Part shown: one piece after another, positions 8,902 to 17,227 of the stretch | Layout: each line of letters begins with the position of its first letter | Position numbering within the stretch: position 1 is the stretch's first letter | NCBI GenBank assembly: GCA_045656645.1 | Contig: JAZORN010000103.1 | Span: forward strand, 18,319 to 82,318 | DNA length: 64,000 nucleotides | Source of the DNA: Clostridia bacterium | Lineage (GTDB): Bacteria; Bacillota; Clostridia; UMGS1883 | Reading direction: 5' to 3' | The notes under the pieces: generated by a model | The model's input: only the letters and a program-made list of their open reading frames with translations | Databases searched by the model: none | What the model was told of the DNA's origin: nothing | Translations under genes and position numbers: made by a program

Positions 8902-9954
8902 TCAATCAAAGCTGGGTTTCTGCAAAAAGCTTGGGATTTCCAAATCGCCGTTTGCATCAGAGCCTATTGCACCGAAAAAGTCATTTTTGTCCTTTTTCTT
9001 TCCGTCAAGACCTGTTGCAATAACAGTGATGATAACATCATCCTCAAGACTTTCGTCAATAGCCGCACCGAAGATAACATTTGCATCCTCATCAACACAA
9101 TCACCGATAAGCTGTGCAGCCGCATTTGTTTCGTGAAGGTTGAGGTTTGCGCCACCGATAACGTTGATAAGAACACCGGTTGCACCGTCGATAGTAGTTT
9201 CGAGAAGTGCACTTTCGATAGCCATTCTTGCAGCTTCCTCTGCACGGTTTTCACCGCTTGCACGACCGATACCCATATGTGCAAGACCTGCATCCTTCAT
9301 AACTGTTGTAACGTCAGCAAAGTCAACATTGATAAGACCTGCGCCAACGATAAGGTCGGATATACCCTGAACGCCCTGACGAAGAACCTCGTCAGCATCC
9401 TTGAATGCGTCAATAAGACTTGTTTTATTGCTGCTGATATCAAGAAGTCTGTCATTGGGAATTACAACGAGTGTATCAACATTTCCCTTAAGCTGCTCGA
9501 TACCTTCTTCAGCCTGAATCATACGTCTTCTGCCCTCAAAACCGAAAGGCTTTGTAACGATAGATACTGTAAGAACGCCAAGCTCCTTAGCAATGCTTGC
9601 AACAACGGGTGCCGCACCGGTACCTGTGCCGCCGCCCATACCTGCAGTTACGAATACCATATCTGCATCCTTGAGCACCTGCTCAATCTCGCCACGGCTT
9701 TCCTCAGCGGCTTTTTTACCGATTTCAGCCTTGCCGCCTGCGCCCTGACCCTTTGTCAGCTTGTCCCCTATCTGGATTTTCTGACTTGCCTGGCTCTTTG
9801 TAAGTGCCTGCTTATCTGTATTTACAGCGATAAATTCAACGCCCTTAATTCCTGCTTCAACCATTCTGTTTACAGCATTGTTTCCGCCGCCGCCTACGCC
9901 GACAACCTTAATCTTCTGAGCTGCGCCCAGTTCATCTGCATATTCCATTCTCAT
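8902..9954 (-). CDS. ftsZ: Cell division GTPase FtsZ.
   Basis: Contains [13 protein letters not shown] and the tubulin signature [11 protein letters not shown]. Confidence 0.97.
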   Translation of the reverse strand: MRMEYADELGAAQKIKVVGVGGGGNNAVNRMVEAGIKGVEFIAVNTDKQALTKSQASQKIQIGDKLTKGQGAGGKAEIGKKAAEESRGEIEQVLKDADMVFVTAGMGGGTGTGAAPVVASIAKELGVLTVSIVTKPFGFEGRRRMIQAEEGIEQLKGNVDTLVVIPNDRLLDISSNKTSLIDAFKDADEVLRQGVQGISDLIVGAGLINVDFADVTTVMKDAGLAHMGIGRASGENRAEEAARMAIESALLETTIDGATGVLINVIGGANLNLHETNAAAQLIGDCVDEDANVIFGAAIDESLEDDVIITVIATGLDGKKKDKNDFFGAIGSDANGDLEIPSFLQKPSFD

Positions 9955-10012
9955 TGGATTTCCTCCTCTATATGTATCATATTTATAAACACGTATAACG
10001 AGTATATATTAT

Positions 10013-10041
10013 ATAATACACCTAAATGCACTCAGTTTCAA
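10013..10041 (-). promoter_or_regulatory. Sigma-A-like promoter for ftsZ.
   Basis: On the minus strand: TTGAAA (10041-10036), a 17-nt spacer, then TATTAT (10018-10013). Confidence 0.5.
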
Positions 10042-10055
10042 GAGAAATTTTAAAA

Positions 10056-10841
10056 TTATTCGCTTTTTACTTCCTGATTTTTTCTATAGGTTAATCTCTC
10101 AAGGTCAATATAGCCTTTTGGGTTTTCACCAATTTGCTCAAGTATAGGACCGAAGCATTCCATTTTATACCCTATTTTTGCTGTAGTTCCAATACTTACA
10201 CGTAAATCTCTGCCCTTGTAATAAAAGCTGATATTTTTAAGGTCTGACATATCAATCTCACGCATATCAAATACATAGCCCTGCTTTGAAAATTCGTGAA
10301 GGCAGGTAAAGAGTGCCTTAAGCTGCTCCTCATCCTCTGATTTAAGGACATTACCCACCTTGTATTTAACGCCTTTAAGACCTTTTATAAGGGGAAGATT
10401 TGGGGTGCTTGCCGTTTGCTCTCCTTTATCTTTGTCACCGCCACTCATTCCGTCGGTAATGTCAACGCACCTTCCGTCTGCCGTTATGATTGCATAGCCC
10501 TCCTGCGCCTTTATATAGGCGACACCTACCTCCTCAACAACAGTAATATCAATAGTTGAGGGCAGGCGCCGCTTTATCTTAACACTTTCAATATAACCCA
10601 TTGATTTTATATTATCCTTAGCCTGATTAAGACTTACACCGAAAATATTTATACCCGTCGTAATCTTACTGTTTTTTACAATCTGTTCATCCTTCACAAC
10701 AGAATTTCCGTGTACGGATATTTCCTTTATATCAAACATAGGTGTCAGCAGCATTATCGAAACAAGTGCCGATATTAAAATTATAAATGTCAGCGCCGCT
10801 ATCTGTTTTTTCTGTTTTCTTTTGAATTTTTTCATTTTCAT
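10056..10841 (-). CDS. ftsQ: Cell division protein FtsQ/DivIB (POTRA domain).
   Basis: Single N-terminal TM segment, followed by a POTRA-like segment (FDIKEISVHGN…). Its position between murA and ftsZ fits. Confidence 0.85.
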   Translation of the reverse strand: MKMKKFKRKQKKQIAALTFIILISALVSIMLLTPMFDIKEISVHGNSVVKDEQIVKNSKITTGINIFGVSLNQAKDNIKSMGYIESVKIKRRLPSTIDITVVEEVGVAYIKAQEGYAIITADGRCVDITDGMSGGDKDKGEQTASTPNLPLIKGLKGVKYKVGNVLKSEDEEQLKALFTCLHEFSKQGYVFDMREIDMSDLKNISFYYKGRDLRVSIGTTAKIGYKMECFGPILEQIGENPKGYIDLERLTYRKNQEVKSE

Positions 10842-10850
10842 AATTTCCCT

Positions 10851-12098
10851 CTATACTCTTACTATATCTGCACCTAACGAAGTGAGCATATCCTCCAGCT
10901 TAACATACCCTCTGTCGATATATTCTATTCCTTCAAGACGGCTTTCTCCCTGCGCACCAAGCGCCGCCACTGTAAGTGCCGCACCGCCACGAAGGTCCAT
11001 AGCACGTATTCTGGCACCGTAAAGACTATTTCCTTTAATAATTGCAACCCTTGCATCCTGCAAAATATCTGCGCCCATTTTTTTAAGCTCGGGAATTATT
11101 TTATACCTGCTGTCAAATATATTTTCCACAATAACGCTTGTTCCCTCGCTGTAACAAAGTGCCGCCATTATGACCGACTGCGCATCTGTCGGAAAGCCCG
11201 GGTAAACCTGCGTTTTTATCATATCAGCAGGAAGAGCCTTTTTTGGGGCACGTATATACATTTTATCCTTGAAAAACTCTATTTTTGCACCGCTCTCCCG
11301 AAGAACAGACACAACGGCACCCAGATGTTCTTTTCTTACATTTAAAAGCTCAATTTCACTTTTTGTTGTCATTGCCGCACACATTAATGTCGATGCAACA
11401 ATTCTGTCGGGGATTATTTTATGCTCTGCCCCACGCAATGATGCCTTACCTTTTATTCTTATAAATTCAGTTCCTGCACCGCTTATATCTGCGCCCATTT
11501 TGTTAAGAAAGTCGCACATATCAACAATCTCAGGCTCTTTTGCCGCATTGGAAATTGTCGTTTCTCCTTTAAGGCGTACACTGGCAAGAATAATGTTTTC
11601 CGTTGCGCCAACACTCGGGAAACTCAGGTGAATATCAGCAGGGTGCATTCTCTCGCACGATGCCTCAATAAACCCGTTTTCCTCACGAATTTCTATACCA
11701 AGCTCCCGAAGTGCCTTGAGGTGTAAATCAATCGGGCGGTTTCCAAGCTCGCACCCGCCGGGACTGCAAAGGCGTGCCTTCCCCAGTTTTCCGCATAATG
11801 CCCCTAAAAATATAATGGAACTGCGCATTTCACGCATCAAATCTTCGGGAATTTCCCACCTGTCTGCAGATAGAGCATCTATTTTTAAAACGTCATTTTC
11901 AAGGCTCACACTGCAGCCTATGGTTTCAAGTATTTTTACCGTGTGTATTACATCGCTTAAAAGCGGACTGTCATATATACGGCACACATCACCAGAAAGC
12001 AACGCTGCCGCCATTATGGGAAGCACCGCATTTTTTGCCCCGTGCACCCGCACTCTGCCGTCAAGCCGTCTGCCGCCGTTTATTATGTATCCGTTCAA
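10851..12098 (-). CDS. murA: UDP-N-acetylglucosamine 1-carboxyvinyltransferase MurA.
   Basis: Contains RVHGAKNAVLPIMAAALL and later …CELGNRPIDLHL…. The likely start is TTG at 12098 (RBS GGGGGTG); the track ORF extends to 12113. Confidence 0.92.
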   Translation of the reverse strand: MNGYIINGGRRLDGRVRVHGAKNAVLPIMAAALLSGDVCRIYDSPLLSDVIHTVKILETIGCSVSLENDVLKIDALSADRWEIPEDLMREMRSSIIFLGALCGKLGKARLCSPGGCELGNRPIDLHLKALRELGIEIREENGFIEASCERMHPADIHLSFPSVGATENIILASVRLKGETTISNAAKEPEIVDMCDFLNKMGADISGAGTEFIRIKGKASLRGAEHKIIPDRIVASTLMCAAMTTKSEIELLNVRKEHLGAVVSVLRESGAKIEFFKDKMYIRAPKKALPADMIKTQVYPGFPTDAQSVIMAALCYSEGTSVIVENIFDSRYKIIPELKKMGADILQDARVAIIKGNSLYGARIRAMDLRGGAALTVAALGAQGESRLEGIEYIDRGYVKLEDMLTSLGADIVRV

Positions 12099-12183
12099 AT
12101 ACCACACCCCCAAGAAATCATAGCGGGGCGAAATCTTCCGCCCGATATCATATTATGCCATTGGGGGTATAAGGGTGAATAGA

Positions 12184-12461
12184 TAACCGAAACGAAGTAA
12201 TCCGTGTTCTGTTTTTTGCTTTCTGTTTTCCGCCATTACTGCGTTGAAAGCCTTGCATATACGTCAGTATATGCTGTATGTTTGCCTTGTACTGACGAAA
12301 AACAGTGTGCAAAAAATTCTGCGAACCCAAAATGCCTCAAAATTGAGATTTTTCAAGGCGGCAGGGCGAAGGAATACTGTTTCGTATTTCGAGACCGACA
12401 ACGAAGAAAAAGCCGATTTTCAGTCATTTTGGGCAGAACAGGGATTACTTCGTTTCGGTTA
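12184..12461. repeat. Family-A structured intergenic repeat, copy A1 (278 bp, perfect 20-bp terminal inverted repeats).
   Basis: TAACCGAAACGAAGTAATCC (12184-12203) is the inverted repeat of GGATTACTTCGTTTCGGTTA (12442-12461). About 90% identical to 20937-21213. Confidence 0.85.
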
Positions 12462-13557
12462 ATGTTTCACGTATGCAGTTATAAATTGTCTCGCACGCAT
12501 CTGTGATACCAATTTTTTTGCTGCACTGTTGCATTTCTTTAAGCTTATCAGTGTTTTTAAGCACTGTTCCTATTTCTTCTGCAAGCCTCTGTCCCGAAAG
12601 CTCGCTTTCAAGGACTACCTTAGCCGCACCGTTTTTTTCAAGATAACGCGCATTATATTCCTGATGATTATGCGCCACATAAGGACTTGGGATAAGAACT
12701 GCCGCCTTACCGAGTGCCGTTATCTCACTTACTGTAATTGCGCCTGCCCTACCTACTATCATATCGCAAACGCCAAAAACCTCCTCCATATTATATATAT
12801 ACGGAAGAATTTTTACATTTTTCTGCTTTTCTATGTTTACGCCTTCCTTTGAAAGCGTTTGAGAAACTTCCTCGTAATGTCTCTCACCTGTTGCCGCAAT
12901 AAGATTAAATCCATCAATGCGTCCGTTTTTCACCATATCAATAAGGGCAGCATTCATTTTTTCTGCACCAAGCGAACCGCCGAACATCAGGACAATCGGC
13001 TTTTCATCAAAATTACAGCTTGCACGAAGAACATCCCTGTCGTGCGGAGTAAAAAGGTCAGGTCTTAACGGATTTCCCGTGAGCACCATTTTCTTTGCCT
13101 TCATCATATTACGTGTTTCGTCAAAGCTGATTGCCGTTATATCTGCTTTTTGAGAAAGCATTTTTATCGCAAGTCCGGGAAAAACATTCTGTTCGTGAAT
13201 AAGTGTCGGGATTTTGAGTGATGCGGCAGAGTTTACCACCGGAGCGCATACATATCCTCCCGTGCCGATTACAACGTCAGGTTTAAACTCTTTTATAATA
13301 CGGCGTGACTCCCGTATGCTCTTTATATAGTTTATGAAAACCTTTATATTCTGGGGGCTTAAACTTCTTTTAAGTCCCATAACCTCTATAAACTTAATAT
13401 CATATCCGCATTTGGGGACAAGCTTTTTTTCAAGACCGTGCTGTGTTCCCACAAAGAGAAACTCGCTGTCCTTTTCTTTTTCCCTGATATAATTTGCTAT
13501 TGCAATAGCAGGATTTATATGCCCTGCCGTACCGCCGCCCGTGAGTAGTACACGCAT
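12445..13557 (-). CDS. murG: Undecaprenyldiphospho-muramoylpentapeptide beta-N-acetylglucosaminyltransferase MurG.
   Basis: Starts MRVLLTGGGTAGHINPA at ATG 13557 (RBS AAGGGG); the track ORF begins 22 codons earlier. The last 5 codons and the stop lie inside the right terminus of repeat A1. Confidence 0.93.
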   Translation of the reverse strand: MRVLLTGGGTAGHINPAIAIANYIREKEKDSEFLFVGTQHGLEKKLVPKCGYDIKFIEVMGLKRSLSPQNIKVFINYIKSIRESRRIIKEFKPDVVIGTGGYVCAPVVNSAASLKIPTLIHEQNVFPGLAIKMLSQKADITAISFDETRNMMKAKKMVLTGNPLRPDLFTPHDRDVLRASCNFDEKPIVLMFGGSLGAEKMNAALIDMVKNGRIDGFNLIAATGERHYEEVSQTLSKEGVNIEKQKNVKILPYIYNMEEVFGVCDMIVGRAGAITVSEITALGKAAVLIPSPYVAHNHQEYNARYLEKNGAAKVVLESELSGQRLAEEIGTVLKNTDKLKEMQQCSKKIGITDACETIYNCIRETLTETK

Positions 13558-13573
13558 ATCTTTTCTGCCCCTT

Positions 13574-14695
13574 TTACAATTTTTTGACCGAGCTTGTTCT
13601 GGAAATATTAAGCAGTATTCCAACGCCCGAAAGCATTACTATCATTGATGTTCCGCCTGCGCTGAAAAACGGAAGTTGCATTCCCGTTGAGGGAAGTATC
13701 GACAGAACAACACCGATATTTATAAGCATCTGTATACCTATTATTGACGTTATTCCAAAAGCCATATATGTACCGAAACGGTCCTTTGCATTAAGTGCAA
13801 TACTCATTCCTCTCCATACGAAAAGAACGAAAAGCCCTATTACTAGAAGTCCGCCTATAAATCCAAGCTCCTCACATACAACCGCATATATGTAGTCATT
13901 ATGTGCCTCGGGCAAATATCTGTATTTCTGCCTTGACTGGCCAAGGCCAAGACCGAAAAGCCCGCCCGAGCCTACTGCATAGAGCGACTGAATTATCTGC
14001 CAGCCTATACCCCTTTCATATGCAAACGGGTCAATAAGCGCACGAAAACGGTCAAGTCGGTAGCTTGCCGAAAATGCAATTCCTATAAAGCCCAGTACTC
14101 CAAGACCACCGAGGGCATAAAGGTATTTCATCGGAAGCCCTGCCGCAACCATCATCATTACACTGATAACGGCAAGAACAACTGCCGCAGAAAGATGACT
14201 CTGCAGCACGCATGCCGCACCAAAAAGTGCCAGTATCATTGCAGATATTCCTAAGTTTTTCATATCGTTTGTAAGGTCAGATGTCCTTTTATCAGAAAAT
14301 CTTGACGCATAGTATATTACAAGAGCAAACTTTGCAACCTCTGAGGGCTGAAAGCTTATCGGGCCGAGGGAAATCTGCCTTGTCGCACCGTGTGATGCAA
14401 AACCGATTACAGGAACTATGTACATAAGGAAAAGTGTTCCCGTAACAATAAGCTTTGACAGCTTCTTATATATATGATAATCGTAATTTGACGTAATAAA
14501 CATTAAAAAACAGCCTATTGCACTGAGGGACCCCTGCTTTAAAATAATAGAATATACATTTCCTTCCTCTAATGCTTTGGGTGAACTTGCTGAAAAGAGC
14601 ATAATCAGACCAAACAAAAGAAGAAATATTATTATCATAAGCATTACAAAGTCTACCTGACCTGACCTTGAAATTCTTTTGCCTGTGTCCTTCAT
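13574..14695 (-). CDS. ftsW: SEDS-family peptidoglycan glycosyltransferase FtsW/SpoVE.
   Basis: Polytopic protein with the motif …QPSE(V)AKF…. The likely start is MKDTGKR at 14695 (RBS GGAAGGG); the track ORF extends into the repeat leader. Confidence 0.9.
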   Translation of the reverse strand: MKDTGKRISRSGQVDFVMLMIIIFLLLFGLIMLFSASSPKALEEGNVYSIILKQGSLSAIGCFLMFITSNYDYHIYKKLSKLIVTGTLFLMYIVPVIGFASHGATRQISLGPISFQPSEVAKFALVIYYASRFSDKRTSDLTNDMKNLGISAMILALFGAACVLQSHLSAAVVLAVISVMMMVAAGLPMKYLYALGGLGVLGFIGIAFSASYRLDRFRALIDPFAYERGIGWQIIQSLYAVGSGGLFGLGLGQSRQKYRYLPEAHNDYIYAVVCEELGFIGGLLVIGLFVLFVWRGMSIALNAKDRFGTYMAFGITSIIGIQMLINIGVVLSILPSTGMQLPFFSAGGTSMIVMLSGVGILLNISRTSSVKKL

Positions 14696-14823
14696 TCTTA
14701 TAACCCTTCCTTTCACTATGTTCAAAGTATAAACCAGTAAAATAAATTCAAAATGCAAAGCATTTTGCTCCATACCTCTTCACTTTTCGCTCTTACCTCT
14801 TACCTGCCTGATTTTATTCAGGC
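14696..14823 (-). repeat. Family-D conserved leader, copy D1 (about 128 nt ending at the ftsW start codon).
   Basis: It can be aligned along its full length with 33333-33461. The distal 47 nt are identical, and the RBS-proximal TTGAACryArTGAAAGGAAkGGTTATA is shared. Confidence 0.7.
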
Positions 14824-14833
14824 TTGCTCCTCC

Positions 14834-15775
14834 TTATAATGCTAAATAGCTCACGATGCAAAGCAGTGCAGTTATAATACAAAATACCGTTACTACCTTT
14901 GTTTCTTTCCATCCGCACATTTCAAAATGATGGTGTACGGGCGCCATTTTAAATACACGTTTTTTTGTTTTCTTATAATAGCTTACCTGAATAATTACAC
15001 TGAGCGCCTCAAAAAGAAAAACAAATGCGCTGATTATAATAAAAAGCTCCAGTCCTGCACTCACGGCAACTGCGGCAATAATTCCGCCTATGAAAAGGCT
15101 ACCCGTATCGCCCATAAACACCTTTGCAGGATATGCATTATATATAAGAAATCCTAAAAGTCCGCCTGCAAGCGCACCTGAAATGATTGACGCCTCCTGA
15201 TTTACACAAAGCGTAGCACAAGAAACTGCAAAAAACAATGCTACAATCGAGCCTACACCTGATGCAAGACCGTCAAGACCGTCTGTAAGATTTGCACTGT
15301 TCGTTGTTGCAAGAAGTACAAACATTACAAAGGGAATATATAAAAATCCCATATCAAAATTTATATCAGTAAAAGGAATTCTTGTCTGTGACTTATCAAG
15401 CACTGCATATACAAAAACGGCATAAAGCACGCTTACTACAGTCTGTGCCAGAAACTTCTGCAAAGCTGTAAGTCCCTGATTTTGCTTTTTTACAACCTTT
15501 GCATAGTCGTCAATAAAGCCTATAAGACCGAACAATGCTCCACAAAGCAAAACCGCTCCGCCCTCGCTGCTGCGCACAAAAAACACAGAAGCAAGAATAC
15601 ATGAAAGAATAAAGCCTATTCCTCCCATTGTCGGTGTTCCCTGTTTCTTTTCGTGCCACTTCGGGCCGTCCTCGAGTATTGTCTGTCCGAACTTAAGCCG
15701 TCTTAAAAACGGAATGAGAAGCGGCTCGCAAAGTGCGGCAATTATGAAGCTTATTATACACGCTTTTATCCACAT
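14834..15775 (-). CDS. mraY: Phospho-N-acetylmuramoyl-pentapeptide transferase MraY.
   Basis: Contains …TPTMGG…, NLTDGLDGLA and MGDTGSL motifs. Confidence 0.95.
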   Translation of the reverse strand: MWIKACIISFIIAALCEPLLIPFLRRLKFGQTILEDGPKWHEKKQGTPTMGGIGFILSCILASVFFVRSSEGGAVLLCGALFGLIGFIDDYAKVVKKQNQGLTALQKFLAQTVVSVLYAVFVYAVLDKSQTRIPFTDINFDMGFLYIPFVMFVLLATTNSANLTDGLDGLASGVGSIVALFFAVSCATLCVNQEASIISGALAGGLLGFLIYNAYPAKVFMGDTGSLFIGGIIAAVAVSAGLELFIIISAFVFLFEALSVIIQVSYYKKTKKRVFKMAPVHHHFEMCGWKETKVVTVFCIITALLCIVSYLAL

Positions 15776-15784
15776 CGTTTATCA

Positions 15785-17215
15785 TTACCTTTCAGCAAGT
15801 ATTTCCTTTACAACTATGCGTTCATCAAAATCGTGCTTGATATGCTCGATTTCCTGATACGTTTCGTGTCCTTTTCCTGCAAGGATAATTATATCGTCTT
15901 CCTCTGCAATTTCCATTGCTTTCTTAATTGCTTCTTTCCTGTTTTCTATAACGATATGATTATCCTTTTTCATACCTTTAAGGATATCCTTTATAATATC
16001 CATAGGCACTTCACATCTTGGATTATCACTCGTTACAACTGCTATATCGGAAAGATTTTCTGCAATTTCACCCATTTTAGGTCTCTTCGTTGCATCACGG
16101 TTTCCACCGCAGCCAAACACTGTTATAACACGTTTTTTTGCAAAGGCACGCACTGCCGAAATAATATTTATAAGTCCGTCGGGAGTATGCGCATAGTCAA
16201 TAATCAGGGTGTATGGGGTATTTGTATGCAAAACCTCTATTCTTCCCTTAACGGGCTTTGCCAGGACAAGACCTTTTTCAATATCTGTATCACTGATTCC
16301 GATATTTTTGCACACACATATAGCGGCAAGGGCATTATATACAGAAAATTTACCGGGGATACCCAAACGCATTTCGTGTATTCCCGCTTTGTCGCAAAGG
16401 TCAAATATTACTCCACGCTCACTCATTTTAAGGTTTTGCGCCCTTACATCGGAAGGCTTTTCGTACGAATACGTAATTACATTTTCTCCTGCATTGTCAA
16501 GGATAACATTTGCATACTCATCATCAGCATTTATCGCCGCAGACCTGCACATTTTAAAAAGCTTTGCCTTGGCAAGTGCGTAGTTATCCATCGTCTTGTG
16601 AAAATCAAGGTGATCCTGAGTAATGTTTGTTATTACTGCCGTTTCAAATTCCACACCGTATACCCTGTCAAGCTCTAAGGAATGGCTTGAAACCTCCATC
16701 ACGACATACTCCCCGCCGCTTTTTTCCATTCTGGAAAAGATTTCAAAAAGGTCAAGCGACTCGGGTGTAGTTCTGCTGCTCTCTATTATTTCATCACCTA
16801 TAATTATCTGATTTGTTCCTATAAGGTCACAACGAAGTCCTTTAAGCATCAATATCTGACGCACAAGATATGTCGTTGTCGTTTTTCCGTTTGTGCCTGT
16901 AATACCGATTATTTTAAGCTTTCTTTCAGGGTGTCCGTAAAACGCAGCACCCACCATTGCCAGTGCTCTTCTTGAATTGTCAGTTTTTATATATGTGCAA
17001 CCGCAGGAAATCTCCTCTTCCCCTATAACTGCCGCCGCACCGTTTTTTACGGCACTTTCTATATATTTATGGCCGTCTGTCTCAAATCCCTTTATCGCAA
17101 CAAAGAGATACCCCGGCTTTACCTCACGTGAATCGTAGGCAATTCCGCTTATTTCAATCTCGGTGTCGCCGATAATTTTTTTATTTATGTCTGAAATCAG
17201 ATTACTTAATTTCAT
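15785..17215 (-). CDS. murE: UDP-N-acetylmuramoyl-L-alanyl-D-glutamate--2,6-diaminopimelate ligase MurE.
   Basis: Mur ligase P-loop GITGTNGKTTT, and DNPR near the C-terminus. Confidence 0.92.
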   Translation of the reverse strand: MKLSNLISDINKKIIGDTEIEISGIAYDSREVKPGYLFVAIKGFETDGHKYIESAVKNGAAAVIGEEEISCGCTYIKTDNSRRALAMVGAAFYGHPERKLKIIGITGTNGKTTTTYLVRQILMLKGLRCDLIGTNQIIIGDEIIESSRTTPESLDLFEIFSRMEKSGGEYVVMEVSSHSLELDRVYGVEFETAVITNITQDHLDFHKTMDNYALAKAKLFKMCRSAAINADDEYANVILDNAGENVITYSYEKPSDVRAQNLKMSERGVIFDLCDKAGIHEMRLGIPGKFSVYNALAAICVCKNIGISDTDIEKGLVLAKPVKGRIEVLHTNTPYTLIIDYAHTPDGLINIISAVRAFAKKRVITVFGCGGNRDATKRPKMGEIAENLSDIAVVTSDNPRCEVPMDIIKDILKGMKKDNHIVIENRKEAIKKAMEIAEEDDIIILAGKGHETYQEIEHIKHDFDERIVVKEILAER

Positions 17216-17227
17216 TTTCTACCTCCG

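Noticed and set aside
9133-10053. Long antisense ORFs within real genes. Examples are 9133-10053 + opposite ftsZ, 15833-16678 + opposite murE, 43587-44192 + opposite infB, 50241-50762 - opposite ackA, 51460-51909 - opposite yceD, and 56278-56811 - opposite the SH3/PRT genes.
   Set aside because: - Each is fully embedded opposite a gene with unmistakable family motifs.
- Their composition is Cys/Phe/Leu-rich and low in complexity, which is typical of antisense frames in AT-rich genomes.
12148-12506. ORF-track entries inside the family-A repeats (12148-12330 -, 12204-12506 +, 12244-12462 +, and the matching 20936-21154 - and 20969-21214 +), whose translations resemble each other.
   Set aside because: - The similarity is simply the DNA repeat read in arbitrary frames.
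- The ORFs have no RBS and overlap on both strands.
- Their composition is Cys/Arg/Phe-rich junk.
- One runs into the murG 3' end.
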